Shown piece by piece: positions 1-11,310 of a stretch of DNA of 64,000 bases. The position numbers were made by a program, and so were the translations under genes. This DNA comes from Bryobacterales bacterium (lineage in GTDB: Bacteria; Acidobacteriota; Terriglobia; Bryobacterales; UBA6623). Location of the stretch: the NCBI GenBank assembly GCA_965213745.1, contig CBDBZZ010000007.1, forward strand, positions 3,824 to 67,823, read 5' to 3'. Below the pieces are notes generated by a model. The model was given only the letters and a program-made list of their open reading frames with translations, did not search any database and was not told the DNA's origin. Positions within the stretch are counted from its first letter, which is position 1, and each line of letters starts with the position of its first letter.

Positions 1-4
1 GCGG

Positions 5-382
5 ATGGCGGAGCAGGAGGCGGAGGAGAAGCTCAACGCCGCCCAGGCGCGGCTGGACGCCGCCGTCCAAGCCCTGCAGGACCGCACGGACCTCGACGCG
101 CAGACCAAGCGGATCATGATCGCGAACCAGGAGCGCATCGAGAACCGGCGGCTGACGGTGGCGCGGAGCAACATCGAGGACGAGAAGGAGCGGCTGATCG
201 AGACGGCCCGGGGCGATATGGAGGGCGCGGTGCGCGCCATCCAGAACACCATCAAGCTCCTGGCCGTGGCGCTCTCCCCCGTGCCGGCGTTCCTGCTGTT
301 CCTCTTGGTGTCGCTCAAGCGCCGGCAGCGGGAGCAGATCGGAGTCGCCCGCGAGCGGCTGGTCGGAGCCTCAGCATCATGA
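5..382 (+). CDS. C-terminal part (5'-truncated by window edge) of a Gldg/ABC-auxiliary-type membrane protein
   Basis: Coiled coil followed by a C-terminal TM segment (LLAVALSPVPAFLLFLLVSL) and basic tail KRRQRE; ATGA overlap with the DUF4340 gene, the usual neighbour of Gldg-type genes. Confidence 0.65.
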   Translation: MAEQEAEEKLNAAQARLDAAVQALQDRTDLDAQTKRIMIANQERIENRRLTVARSNIEDEKERLIETARGDMEGAVRAIQNTIKLLAVALSPVPAFLLFLLVSLKRRQREQIGVARERLVGASAS

Positions 383-1611
383 ACGAAACCACGAAGACCC
401 TGTATTTCGCGCTCGCGGCGGCGGTGCTGTCGGCGGCCGCGGTGGTCGTCGATCCGAGCAAGCGGACGCCGGATGTTTTCGACGACATGGGCGAGCAGTT
501 CTTTGCGGAGTTCACAGACCCACAGGCGCCGCGCACCATCGAGGTGATCGACTACGACGAGGCGACAGCGACGGCTACTCCGCTCAAAGTGGAGTTCCGC
601 GACAGCAAGTGGGTCGTCCCCTCGCATCACGACTACCCGGCCGATGCCGAGGAGCGGCTGGCCCAGACCGCTGCCGCGCTCATCGAGCTCCGCAAGGACC
701 GGATCGTCTCGGACTCGGCCCAGGACCACGTCGAGTACGGCGTGGTGGATCCGCTCGACGAGGGGGCTACGTCGCTGGCGGGCCGCGGCAAGCGCGTCTC
801 GCTCCGCGATGCCGCCGGCGAGGTGCTGGCGGATTTCATCGTCGGGCGCAAGGTGGAGGGCAAATTCGGGTACCGCTACCTGCGCGTCCCAGGGCAGAAG
901 CGGACCTACGAGGTGAAGACGGAAGCTGACGTCTCCGCCCGCTTCGCGGACTGGATTGAAACCGACCTGCTCAAGGTCTCCCCGTTCGACCTGCGGCGGA
1001 TCGTGATCAACCGCTACACCATCAACGAGCAGATACGGCGCGTGGAGAACCGCCAGACCATGACTCTGACCCAGGAGGACAGCAAGTGGCGGTTCCAGGG
1101 CCAGGAGCCGAACTCCACGACCCTGAGCGACCTCACGTCGGCCTTGGACAACCTGCGGATCGTCGATGTGCAGCCGAAGCCGGCAGGCCTCACGGCGGAC
1201 CTCCAGGCGAGGGAGGGTATCCAGCCGACGATGGAGAACTTCCGTTCCCTGCAGGGCAAGGGCTTCTTCCCGAACCCGTACACCGGCCAGATCCTGTCGA
1301 ACGAGGGCGAGATCCTGGTCGATTCCAAGAACGGACTCCGGTACGTCCTGCGCTTCGGGGAGATTGCGCCGGGCGGAGCCGAGCCGGGAGCGGACGAGGA
1401 GTCCGACGCAGCCTCTGAGGGGGAGCGCCGGTACATCATGATCAGCGTGAGCTTCGACGAGGAGCTGGCGGAGAGCTACGAGGGCGACGCGGACCAGGGC
1501 AAGGATCTGGCCGAGGAGCTCCGGGCGCGATTCGCAGCTTGGTACTACGTGATCTCCGGGGCCGATTTCAGCAAGCTGCGGCCGGCTCGGCGAGACCTGC
1601 TCAAGCCATAG
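379..1611 (+). CDS. DUF4340 domain-containing protein
   Basis: N-terminal anchor; motifs [35 protein letters not shown]; strong GC3 bias. Confidence 0.75.
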   Translation: MNETTKTLYFALAAAVLSAAAVVVDPSKRTPDVFDDMGEQFFAEFTDPQAPRTIEVIDYDEATATATPLKVEFRDSKWVVPSHHDYPADAEERLAQTAAALIELRKDRIVSDSAQDHVEYGVVDPLDEGATSLAGRGKRVSLRDAAGEVLADFIVGRKVEGKFGYRYLRVPGQKRTYEVKTEADVSARFADWIETDLLKVSPFDLRRIVINRYTINEQIRRVENRQTMTLTQEDSKWRFQGQEPNSTTLSDLTSALDNLRIVDVQPKPAGLTADLQAREGIQPTMENFRSLQGKGFFPNPYTGQILSNEGEILVDSKNGLRYVLRFGEIAPGGAEPGADEESDAASEGERRYIMISVSFDEELAESYEGDADQGKDLAEELRARFAAWYYVISGADFSKLRPARRDLLKP

Positions 1612-2003
1612 GTCCGCGAGGGGCCCGGCGCTCCTGCGAGCCCATCGCGCAGGGGGCGCTGGGCCGTGTCGCGCTGACCGGCGCATCTCCGGAGCGAAGC
1701 GCCGCCCGCAACGCAGGGCAAACCCGCCGAGCACCCCGACCCTGCCGCGCAACGGTCCCTGCGGTCCGCGACCTGCTGCCGGACGCTCGCAGGGGCGCCC
1801 CGGGAGGCGAGGCTGGGGCAGGAGGCGCCGATGATCCCTGCGCGGCGGGTCCTTGCGGCCCCGGTTGCGGGAGGCGATCGAGAGGGGGGCGGGGACTTGG
1901 CCGCCGGAAGCTTGGGTGGGCGATTCCGACTTGCCCTAGGACCGGAACGACGGCTGGCTCCGGGCCGAGGCAAGGGCCGGTCAATCTGCGAGAATCGACC
2001 TGT

Positions 2004-3614
2004 ATGCCCTCGGAAGTGCTGCTCGTCGCGAACGGAGATCTGCGCCTCTCGGCCAACCGGATGTGCTGGCCGGCCCAGCAGGCCATGGAGGCGAAGCTCG
2101 GAGCCGCCGTGGAGAGCGCGGGCGGCACGGTTCGCCGGGCGCACGAGTACGATGCGACCAAGGAGCACGGCTTCATCGACAGTCAGAAGCGGGGCCTGGA
2201 GGTCTTTCGCGGCCTGGACAAGCGGGCTCCCGTGATCGTGGCCGAGGCGGTTTGGCAGTACTCCCAGCACATTCTCCCGGGCTTGATGGGCCACGAGGGG
2301 CCGATCCTGACCGTGGCGAACTGGAGCGGGCAGTGGCCGGGCTTGGTCGGCATGCTGAACCTCAATGGCAGCTTGACGAAAGCTGGCGTCGCCTATTCGA
2401 CTCTCTGGAGCGAGGATTTCGCGGACGACTTCTTCCTGTCGAAGCTAAGCCGCTGGATTGGCGGGCATGCCGTCAAGCACCCGCAAAGCCATGTCCACCC
2501 GGCGGCTGACCTGCCGCTGCCCTACAAGGCCATGCTGGCCGGCCACAGGGTCGCGGAGGGCCTCCTCGCCAGGAAGGCGATCCTGGGCGTCTTCGACGAG
2601 GGCTGCATGGGGATGTACAACGCGATCATCCCCGACCATCTGCTCAATGCGACCGGAGTTTTCAAGGAGCGCCTGAGCCAGTCCGCCTTATGGGCTGCTA
2701 TGCAGCAGGTTACCGACGGCGAGGCCCGAGCCGTCCGCAGTTGGCTGGACGAGAAGGGCATGCGCTTCGCCACGGGCCCGGACGACGCCACCGACCTCAC
2801 CGATGCGCAGGTGCTCTGGCAGTGCAAGATGTATATCGCCGCGCTGCGCATGGCGGACGAGTTCGGCTGCGACGCAATCGGGATCCAGTACCAGCAGGGG
2901 CTCAAGGACATTTGCCCGGCGTCCGACTTGGTCGAGGGCTTGCTCAACAATGTCGACCGCCCTCCGGCGGCGGACCGTGAGGGACGGGTGCTGTACGAGG
3001 GGCAGGCGCTGCCGCATTTCAACGAGGTGGACGAATGCGCGGGCCTGGACGCCCTCGTGACAAACCGCGTCTGGACCGGTTTGGGCTACGCTCCCGAAAC
3101 GACGCTGCACGACCTGCGCTACGGAGAGCCCTACGAGGTCGGAGGCGGAGAGGAGTTCGTCTGGGTTTTTGAGATTTCGGGTTCCGTTCCCCCGCGGCAC
3201 CTGAGCGGCGGCTACGCAGGGGCGGTCAGCGAGCGCCAGCCGCCGATGTACTTTCCGTTGGGCGGCGGGACGATCAAGGGCGTCAGCAAACCGGGCGAGG
3301 TGGTTTGGAGCCGCATCTTCATTGAGGACGACCACCTCAAGGCCGATCTCGGCTTGGCGGAAGTGGTGGCACTGCCTCCTGAGGAAACGGAGCGGAGGTG
3401 GAGCATCACGACGCCGCAGTGGCCGATCATGCATGCGGTGACCCGCGGAATCAGCCGTGACCGGATGATGGGGCGCCACAAGTCGAACCACATTCAGGTG
3501 GCCTATGCGCCGGACCTGCCCGCGGCACGGCTAGCGTTGGCTGCCAAGATCGCCGCCTTCCGGAAGCTCGGAATCGAGTCCTTCGTCTGCGGCTCGGGGC
3601 ACGACCTGGTGTAA
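2004..3614 (+). CDS. L-fucose/D-arabinose isomerase-like protein
   Basis: Start moved to ATG 2004; motifs [52 protein letters not shown]. Confidence 0.8.
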   Translation: MPSEVLLVANGDLRLSANRMCWPAQQAMEAKLGAAVESAGGTVRRAHEYDATKEHGFIDSQKRGLEVFRGLDKRAPVIVAEAVWQYSQHILPGLMGHEGPILTVANWSGQWPGLVGMLNLNGSLTKAGVAYSTLWSEDFADDFFLSKLSRWIGGHAVKHPQSHVHPAADLPLPYKAMLAGHRVAEGLLARKAILGVFDEGCMGMYNAIIPDHLLNATGVFKERLSQSALWAAMQQVTDGEARAVRSWLDEKGMRFATGPDDATDLTDAQVLWQCKMYIAALRMADEFGCDAIGIQYQQGLKDICPASDLVEGLLNNVDRPPAADREGRVLYEGQALPHFNEVDECAGLDALVTNRVWTGLGYAPETTLHDLRYGEPYEVGGGEEFVWVFEISGSVPPRHLSGGYAGAVSERQPPMYFPLGGGTIKGVSKPGEVVWSRIFIEDDHLKADLGLAEVVALPPEETERRWSITTPQWPIMHAVTRGISRDRMMGRHKSNHIQVAYAPDLPAARLALAAKIAAFRKLGIESFVCGSGHDLV

Positions 3615-3760
3615 GCTCCGGCGAGGAGCGACGCACGCCGCGGCTGCTTCCGCCGCAGCGCGCAGCGACGGCCGCACAGGCCCTAGAATAGTTTTGGCTG
3701 TCCCGCTCCGATGGCCCCGGCGCAACTGCAGCGGCCACCGGGGCAGCTCTCCGCGAAGCG

Positions 3761-5788
3761 ATGCATCTGCGAGCGAAAACCCTCCTGGCCGTCCTGCTGA
3801 CGGGCGGCCCCGCGGTTGCCGCGGACTTGGGATCGGCCCAGGACGTCGAGCGGCGGGTGGCTGCTTGGGTGCTGGCCCAGGGAGGCAGCGTGGCGGTGCA
3901 TGGGGGCGGCGGAGAACTCAGCTCCTTGCCGGAGCTGCCCGCCGGCGGGTTCGAGCTGCGGGAAGTGAACCTGACGGGCACGCTGGTGCATCCGCGGGAC
4001 TTGGCCCGGCTGGCTCCGCTCCGTGCGCTCAAGGCCCTCTCGCTGCCCGGCACGATGTGGAACCCGGTCTGCTGCGGCACGCTGGGCAACGTAGACGACA
4101 GCGACGAGCTCGCCTCGCTGGCCGGCTTGGAATCCCTGGAGTCTTTGCACCTGAGCCACCACTTCATGAGCGTCTACAAGGGCATCCGGATCTTTGACCA
4201 CGGCCTGGCAAAACTGAAGCCGCTGAGGAGCTTGCGCTCCCTGCAGCTGAAGTCGACCCGCATTACCGGGGCGCATCTGGATGCGTTTCCGAACCTGGTC
4301 CGCCTCGACCTGACGCAGACCGATGTGAACGACGAGGGGCTGGAGCAGCTGGCGGAGCTGCGGCAGCTCAGGACGCTGCGCTTGCGCAGCACCTACGTGA
4401 CCGACGCTGGACTACGGCACCTGGAGGGGCTGGAGGGGCTTGTCGAACTGGACTTGGCGGATCTCGGCGTTTCGGACGCGGGCCTCGCCCGCATAGCCCA
4501 TCTCCAGAACCTGCGAGTCCTGAACCTGCGAGGCGCTCGCCTGACGGACTCCGGCCTAGGGCACTTGGCCGGGATGACGGCGCTTGCGGACCTCAACCTG
4601 TATCGCACCCCCGTCACGAATGCGGGAGTCCAGCGCTTGACTGCGCTCCCGGCCCTGCGCAGGGTGGACCTGCGCTACAGCCGGGTAACGGCCTCTGGCA
4701 TCCGGGAACTGCGCGACGCCCATCCGTCGGTCCAGGTCGAATTCGTGGAGACCCAGCCGTCGGTCTCGGGGGCGGAGTGGCACGCCCCACCCCCGAGCGG
4801 AGGCTCCGCCGACGATCTCGCTGCGTGGGCGGCGGAGGTTGGCGGAGACCTGCTTGCGGCGGAGGCGGGCGGGTTCGAGCTGGGCCTGTCGGCGACCGCG
4901 GTGGGGGATCGCGACTTGGCAGCCCTAGCGGCGCATCGGCAGCTGGTTGGCCTGGACCTGGCGGCCAGCGAAATCAGCGATCTTGGCCTCCAGCACCTCC
5001 AGGCTTTGCCAAGCCTGCGAGCGCTGAACTTGGCCAACACGCGCATCACCGACAAAGCGTTGGAGCAGCTGGGAGAGCTGCGCTCTTTGGAGCGCCTCGT
5101 CCTCGATCAGACGCTGATCGACGGCTCCGGGCTGCGGCACCTCGCGGGCCTCACCAAGCTGCGAGAGTTTGCCCTGAAGGGAACCGGCGTGGGGGATGAT
5201 GCGCTGGAGCATCTCGGATCGTTGGGGTCGCTGCGGACCCTCGAACTGGACTACGCCCAGGTGGGAGACACGGGCGTGATGGCCGTCGCCAACCTCGAAG
5301 GTCTGGTGGAACTCGGACTGACGGGCACCAAAGTCGGCGACGGCGGTCTAGCCTGCCTCGCAGCGCTGGCGGGGCTGCGGCGTCTGGCGCTGGCCTTCAC
5401 CGACGTTACGGATGCGGGCTTGGTGCATCTTGGCGGCCTGAAGTCCTTGGAACACCTCGATCTGGCGCAGACCCGGGTGGGAGATGGCGGCGCGGCGAGG
5501 CTTGGGCGGCTCGCCGGTCTCCGGAGCCTCAACCTGGACTACACGAAGGTGTCCTCGGAGGGCGTCGCCGCCCTAGCGGGGATCCGCGGCATGAGAAGCC
5601 TCAGCCTGGACAACACGGATGTCACCGATGCAGCGGTGGCGACGCTGGCCGGGCTGCGCCACCTCCGGCGACTGAATCTCTATCACACTTTGGTCACCGC
5701 GGAAGGGGTGCAGGCGTTGCGCGAGGCACTGCCGGAATGCGCGATCGTCTGGGACCGCGATGCGTCGCAGCCGAACCGCCGTTTCTGA
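3761..5788 (+). CDS. Secreted leucine-rich-repeat protein with two LRR solenoid modules
   Basis: Signal peptide; many ~24-aa LxxLxxLxLxxTxVxDxGL repeats; two N-cap-like segments (VAAWVLAQGG, LAAWAAEVGG). Confidence 0.9.
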   Translation: MHLRAKTLLAVLLTGGPAVAADLGSAQDVERRVAAWVLAQGGSVAVHGGGGELSSLPELPAGGFELREVNLTGTLVHPRDLARLAPLRALKALSLPGTMWNPVCCGTLGNVDDSDELASLAGLESLESLHLSHHFMSVYKGIRIFDHGLAKLKPLRSLRSLQLKSTRITGAHLDAFPNLVRLDLTQTDVNDEGLEQLAELRQLRTLRLRSTYVTDAGLRHLEGLEGLVELDLADLGVSDAGLARIAHLQNLRVLNLRGARLTDSGLGHLAGMTALADLNLYRTPVTNAGVQRLTALPALRRVDLRYSRVTASGIRELRDAHPSVQVEFVETQPSVSGAEWHAPPPSGGSADDLAAWAAEVGGDLLAAEAGGFELGLSATAVGDRDLAALAAHRQLVGLDLAASEISDLGLQHLQALPSLRALNLANTRITDKALEQLGELRSLERLVLDQTLIDGSGLRHLAGLTKLREFALKGTGVGDDALEHLGSLGSLRTLELDYAQVGDTGVMAVANLEGLVELGLTGTKVGDGGLACLAALAGLRRLALAFTDVTDAGLVHLGGLKSLEHLDLAQTRVGDGGAARLGRLAGLRSLNLDYTKVSSEGVAALAGIRGMRSLSLDNTDVTDAAVATLAGLRHLRRLNLYHTLVTAEGVQALREALPECAIVWDRDASQPNRRF

Positions 5789-5795
5789 CCAGCTC

Positions 5796-6914
5796 ATGGC
5801 CAGACTCCTCTGCCTGCTGGCGCTACTCGCCGGGCCAGCCTGGAGCCCGGAGTGCGCGGAGGGAGCGGAGCGGGAAGACCTGGAGACCTGGGTGCGCGGT
5901 CTCGGCGGGTCGATTCGGTACGGCCCGGACGGCGAGGCGGCAGCCGTTGATCTGGGCCGCAGCTGGGTGGTGGACCTGGATCTGGAGCGGCTGGCGGAAT
6001 GGCCGGAAGTGCATAGCCTGTCGCTCGCCCAAACCCACATCACCGACAGCGGCTTGGGGAGTGTGGCGCGCTTGCCCGCGCTCCGCGAGCTCAGCCTTTT
6101 CTTCTGCGAGCACATTACGGACGCCGGCGCGGCGCAGCTGCGCCAAGCGTCCACTCTGGAGCGGCTGGTCGTCCGGGGCACGAAGATCGGGGAGTCGGGC
6201 GTGAAGTTTCTCTCGGAGCTGCAGCAGCTGCGGCAGCTCGACATCGGCATCACCGAGATCGGGGACCCCTCGATTGAGCTTTTGGAGGAGTTGCCTCACC
6301 TGGAGTCCCTGGCGCTCGGGGGGAATCGGATCAGCGAAGTTGGCATAGCGGGTTTGCGAGCGCTCAAGCGCCTGAGGCACCTCGACCTCAGCGGGGCCCA
6401 GGTCACCGACAGCGGAATCTGGGCCGTCAAGGTCACCGACCTGAATCTCGGCGAGATCGGGGCGCTCTCCGGGTTGGAGAGCCTGGTTCTCGCCGCGCCG
6501 AATCCGGAGTACGTTGCCGCAGTCAGCAGCGGTGTGCCGCGCTTGCGCGGCGCGATCCGCGTGACCGACTTTGGGGCGCGGCACCTGCGCCAGCTCGCCC
6601 GCCTGAGACGGCTCGACCTGACGTGGTCGCAGCTCTCGGCCGAGGGCCTCGAGCACCTGAGCGGGCTGGAGCGGCTGGAGGAATTGCGGTTGGCGCACGC
6701 GGGGCGGATCGACGACAAGGCTGGGGCGATGCTGGCGGCTTTTCCCGCCCTGCGCGTGCTCGACGTGTCGGAGACGGGATTCGGCGACGCCGGGATCGCC
6801 GCGCTGAGCGGCCATCCGACGCTCCGCAGGATCGTCGCGGTCGGAACCCCGCTCAGCGACGAGGCTGCAGCCGCCTTCCGCGAGGCGCGTCCCGATTGCG
6901 AGCTGATCCGGTGA
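5796..6914 (+). CDS. Secreted leucine-rich-repeat protein
   Basis: ATG 5796 just after the previous stop; signal peptide; N-cap LETWVRGLGG; 24-aa LRRs. Confidence 0.88.
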   Translation: MARLLCLLALLAGPAWSPECAEGAEREDLETWVRGLGGSIRYGPDGEAAAVDLGRSWVVDLDLERLAEWPEVHSLSLAQTHITDSGLGSVARLPALRELSLFFCEHITDAGAAQLRQASTLERLVVRGTKIGESGVKFLSELQQLRQLDIGITEIGDPSIELLEELPHLESLALGGNRISEVGIAGLRALKRLRHLDLSGAQVTDSGIWAVKVTDLNLGEIGALSGLESLVLAAPNPEYVAAVSSGVPRLRGAIRVTDFGARHLRQLARLRRLDLTWSQLSAEGLEHLSGLERLEELRLAHAGRIDDKAGAMLAAFPALRVLDVSETGFGDAGIAALSGHPTLRRIVAVGTPLSDEAAAAFREARPDCELIR

Positions 6915-7003
6915 GCGTCCGTGGTGCTGGTCTAGATTGGGACCTGTTGCAGCGATCCGCGGGGCGGTGCTGCGGGCGCTGGACGGCGTCGCGAGTCGCG
7001 GGC

Positions 7004-7610
7004 CTCCATGCCCCAGACCGTGGCTTGCTTCGCGCCGACTTCTTCGTCGCGCCGGAAGGCCCGCTCGGACCAGGATTTGGCCGACGACCGGTCGAAGGCA
7101 AGCAAGTGCCCCGAATCCGTCGCGGAGCGATCCAGGTAGTCCGCGATCTGTTCCAGGCCCTCGCGGATCGTGCTCTCCACGCCGCGCTTGGCCCGGACGA
7201 CCTTGCACTCCACCACATGCTTGCGCACCCGGATCGGGTCCCACTGCCAGCCCAGGATCCGGAGCACCAGCAGGTCGGTCCGCCCGCACCCAGAGTGTAC
7301 TTCCGCTCGATGCGCCCCTATTGTTCGTCACCCGCTGCAGGAACGCCTTGCAGCAGCAGAGGCCCCGCCTCCCTGTACGCGAAGCGCTCTAGCCAATGCT
7401 CGGCGTGCTACCGGTAGTGGGCCTGCAAATGCCGCCAGCAGCTAGCCGGGGTCCAGTGCGCCGTCCGCGCCCATGTCCGGCAGGTTCCTCTCTTTGTGGC
7501 AGGTTCCTCTCGGCGATCTGAGTCAAATGGCACGGCACGACTTCGCGGTAGATCGGAATGTCGATCTCGACCGGGCCGTGGGCCCGTACGCGGCCCAGCT
7601 CACAGATAGT
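7004..7610 (-). pseudogene. C-terminal remnant of an AAA-ATPase/PD-(D/E)XK-type protein
   Basis: Fragments across frames: IPIYREVVP, HAEHWLERFAYREAGP, RIERKYTLG, DLLV, VVECK, GLEQIADYLDR...TVWGM; in-frame stops and shifts; 5' part replaced by IS630 remnant. Confidence 0.7.
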
Positions 7611-7920
7611 GGACCGCCGCAGCATCCGCACACCCAAGCACATGGAAGCCTGGCAGAAGCGGACTGAGGCGCCGGTGGAGATGCATCCATGGCCGGCGTA
7701 CTCTCCGGAATGGAACCCTACGGAGCAAGTCGGGTCGGTAGTCCAGTGTCGGGTGGGGAAGCTGCTGTCTGGACGGTCCGCCAGCTAGGGGAGCGTTTGG
7801 AGCAGGCTCTGCAAGCCCTCGAGGCAGACCCAGCCAAGGTGCCAGGGTTCTTTCCAGAGTCTGACTGCACCTGTACTGTTTTTGCTTTTATTCAGAAATG
7901 ACTTGTAGCAAATTCAGCAA
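7610..7920 (+). mobile_element. IS630-family 3' remnant
   Basis: PAYSPEWNPTEQV motif; close DNA similarity to 56610-56836. Confidence 0.75.
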
Positions 7921-7952
7921 ATAGCCGCTACAGATACTATGGGACTAAATCA

Positions 7953-8228
7953 TTGAAAAAAATTACGCCAACTGCCATTGAGGATGCAGAAGAGGATACC
8001 GACGACGGATACGGACCCTGGCCATCGCCAGTCGGCGGCCCATCTGCCCCTGTCTCCGAGGGTGAAAAAGATGCTAGGGTATGCACCACAGAAACAGTTT
8101 TGCCGTACGTTTCTAAGGTAGTGGAAGAATGCTCTGTGGCGATCGTGGTAGCGGTTGCTACGTGCGGCGCAGCAGTAAAGAGCCCTACTATTTTGACAGG
8201 TCTAGGTTGTTCCCTGATTCCCGGTTAA
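7953..8228 (+). pseudogene. Low-GC, Cys-rich gene fragment bracketed by IS remnants
   Basis: Open frame continues upstream to the IS630 end and stops at the IS1380-like end; four Cys and a hydrophobic C-half. Confidence 0.35.
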
Positions 8229-8610
8229 AAATCCCGGCACCGTCTGGAACGTTTTGTTTTACAATGATTTAGACGGTCCTGGGGGTGTTCGCGGATTGCA
8301 CCTCGGGGGTGCATCTCGATTTTTTTGGAGGCCCCCTGGCCCCTGTCTCCCGACAGCGCTCCCACCCTGGCTTACGGCGTCTGCAACGATGACTTCTGGC
8401 CGGGCTCGGCGTGGTGGCGCGGCTGGCCCGGTTCCTCGGGCTGCCCGAGAAGCTGGCCGCGTCGGTCCGCCTCCAGCGCCGCCGGCGCGGTGGCAGCGCT
8501 GGGCAGAGGCTGCTGGCGCTGCTCTACGCGGCCTGCGCCGGCGGGGGCACCTCCACGCGGTCGACGCCTTGGGGGCCGATGATGTCGCCCCGGCGCTGGA
8601 GGGGTTGCGG
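8213..8610 (+). mobile_element. IS1380-like left-end remnant
   Basis: ARLARFLGLPEKLAASVRLQRRRRGGS..LLALLYAACAGGGHL resembles an IS1380 transposase N-terminus; paralog at 29345-31500. Confidence 0.6.
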
Positions 8611-9346
8611 GAGTGCGTGCGGCTGATCAGCCGGAGTACCGTTCTCGAGCAGCGGTTAGATTGCTCCTCATTTCCGGCTGCACGGGGCTGGGCCTGTGGC
8701 TATACATACGGCGGTCCAAGCGTGGCGCAAGGAGCCAGTCCGAGCGCAGGTTCGCCTGCGAGGCTGACATCCGCGAAAACCTCTGATCTGCCTAGGTTAA
8801 CTTGACCATGTTCAGCTCGCCTTCTCCCTGCGCGTTAGCAAGCCCGGTACATTTCCGACACCTCCGTAAGTCCTTGTTCAATCAAGAAAAACGGTGGTCG
8901 ACGACCTCGCCCTAAAGGGAGGAAGCGGTAGGGGCTGGTGGCGGCTCCGCTGGAGTTACGCGGAGGCACCACGGCCCGACCTCCTATGCGTACAGTTCCG
9001 CCGGACGGTGCTTCTGCCTGCATTGAGTAGGCCGTGCCTCCTCGGTAAGGATGCCTGCAGTGCCGATTCTGGCCAAGGCTGTACAGGCGTGCGCTGTGCG
9101 CTGAGAGACTCTCGGGCAGGTATCACGTGACCCTTTGCACAGCGGAGGGACCGGGAGCCTCGCGGTCACCGTCAGCGGCCGCTTCCCAGCCGGCTGTCGT
9201 TCCTCTCGCCGTGCGAGCGGACTGGCTGTGCGTAGCGCAGTGGCCCTGGAGTTGTCCGAGCCAGGGAAACGGGCCCTAGGAGCGTGTTTCGTGCGTTTTC
9301 AGAGGATCTCCCTTCCCTAGGTTACCGAAGCAGCAGGGCGAGCACT

Positions 9347-10600
9347 GTGATCAGGATGGTGAGGAGCGTGAAGCACAAGGGGGCGGCGGAGGCCGTGGCG
9401 GTGTTGCAGGAGGTACGTCCCGGGAGAAAGTCGCGGTGTTGCGCGGCGCTCCGCACGAGGTGGCGGCGGTGGCGGACGGACTGGAGATTAAGCGCCGGTA
9501 CAAGTCGGGGGTCATCGCGTATGCACCGGAGGACGGGCCGACGGCTGCGAGCTGGAGCACGGCCGGGTGCAAAAACATCGCGCCGCCGGGGTGGCAGCAG
9601 ACGTTCGACCCGTTGCGGGACGCGCTGAACTGGGAGCATGGCTGGGCGCGTCCGGACGATCTGGAGCGTGGGCGGCCGGCGGGGCAGCCCGCTCACGAGG
9701 CCAAGTGCGAGGCGGCGGAGCTGCGGGCGACCGGGGAGTACCTGAGCGCCCGAATTGCCGCCGGCCAGGTGAGCAACCGCACGGATGTGGTTGCGGCACT
9801 TTGAGAGGCGGGGCTGGCCGTAACGCGGCAGGGGCGGGACTACGGAGCCGTGCAGGACGAGGCGAGCGGCAAGCGATTGTGGCTGAAGGGAGGGGTCAAT
9901 GACCGAGAATTCGATGCCAGGCAGCTTGGCCGAGCGACTGGTCGCGAAGCAGGCCGAGGACGAGGCGCTGCTGACGAGCTACCGGCAGACGATGCAACAG
10001 CACGCGCAGCCCGAATTAGAGAGCTTTGGAGCCGAGTTGAGCGCATTCGCGAGGGCCGAGGCCACCACAACGCGGAGCGCTATCGCAGGCGGCCTCAGCG
10101 CACGGGACTGGGCGCGGGCAAGGAGGTGGGGGTGGCCCGTGCTGACCGGGGTGCCGGTGGTGCTCGGGCTGGCGCTGGGGCCTGGGGCTTGGCAGCGGCT
10201 CTGAGCTGGAGCATCGAGGCACGGTAGGAGCTGGCGGACCAGATCGCGTGGCAGCAAGAGGTGCTGGAGCGGCTGGAGGCCGGGACATGGGGCATTCAGC
10301 TGCGCCAGATGTCGAAGGGGAGGTTCGTGGTGCTGCCGGGCGATCGAGGCGAAACGGTCTGGAAAGTCGAGGGGCGTCCAGCCATCCGGCTGGCGGACGA
10401 CTGAAAGAAGCACATGACCGAGTTCGAGAAGCGGTTGAGCGAGGCCTTGCAGTCGCTCGCCGCGCAGTACGAGCGGGAGCAGAAGCGGCAGGCCGAGCAG
10501 GTTGCGGGCTTGCAGGAGCAGCTTGACGCACAGGTGAGCGCCTTGGTCGCGGACTACAAGCAGCATGCCAGCGACTATAGGCGGATTCGGCAATTGTCAC
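9347..10600 (+). mobile_element. Decayed ColE1-like mobilisation cassette (mbeC/mbeA/mbeB/mbeD-like remnants)
   Basis: HKGAAEAVAVL (MobC tail-like); VLRGAPHEVAAVAD..YKSGVIAYAPED, NIAPPGWQQTFDPLRDALN, SGKRLWLKG (relaxase, His motif region deleted, stop 9802-9804); overlapping MbeB-like 9899-10404; MTEFEKRLSEALQSLAAQY (MbeD-like) from 10414. Confidence 0.7.
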
Positions 10601-11085
10601 CAACCCCAACCAAATTAGGGTGGGCGGTGAGCGCAGCGCCCATCCCTCCGTCTAGGTTGCGGGATGGACGCAGTGCTCTGCATTCAACATGCCCGCAGAC
10701 AGTCCAGCACGCCCGCACAGATAGAGATCGACGCTGTCGATACTTGTAGGGGCGTTGGGCGGCTGCGAGAATGGGACGATGCGACGGAACTCAGATCGCG
10801 AGTGCGAGTGGACTCCCAGGCGGATCGCTGGGCAGTGCCCGGCCCTTACGCAGCTGCGCTGGCGAGCATGGGGCTGGCAGTGCTGGTCCGGCGGCTGGCG
10901 TGGTAGGCTAGATGCGACGGCGATCAGCCGTCTGCCAGTAAAGTGCGAAAAGGGCCCATCATGCTGAGGAGAATGTTTGCGGTTAGGTTGGTGTTGCACT
11001 CGGTTGGGCACGGGTGGAGCGACTGTGTTGGGGCTACTGAATCTGTTGCTGGCTTGATCGACTTCGAGCCGGAAGGGAGCGAGCG

Positions 11086-11310
11086 ATGAGAACGATAGGT
11101 GTTTTGTTTTTGGCTATGGGGGCTTATGCATACTGGGATCGCAATTTATTGATATCAATTATCTTAGCCGGTTTAGCTATACTTGCTGGTATTGAGAAAA
11201 TATTAGAAGACAATGAGAAAAATCAGGAAGAAAGACTGAAGCGTGAGCTGTCTATTTTGCGAACAAAATCCGAAATTCGCAGATTGCGGGATAGATTGTC
11301 GGATGAATAA
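11086..11310 (+). CDS. Small AT-rich membrane protein (two TM segments plus coiled coil)
   Basis: GGGAG SD upstream; hydrophobic N-half and charged C-half; markedly lower GC than flanks. Confidence 0.55.
   Translation: MRTIGVLFLAMGAYAYWDRNLLISIILAGLAILAGIEKILEDNEKNQEERLKRELSILRTKSEIRRLRDRLSDE

Noticed and set aside
1539-2003. 155-aa N-terminal extension of the isomerase ORF (similar extensions on nadC, sulfatase and PPC ORFs)
   Set aside because: Low-complexity GC-rich read-through upstream of the recognisable family N-terminus
8925-9015. Group II intron domain V/VI-like sequence on the minus strand
   Set aside because: Only loose similarity; the DV stem does not pair convincingly and no intron ORF is nearby
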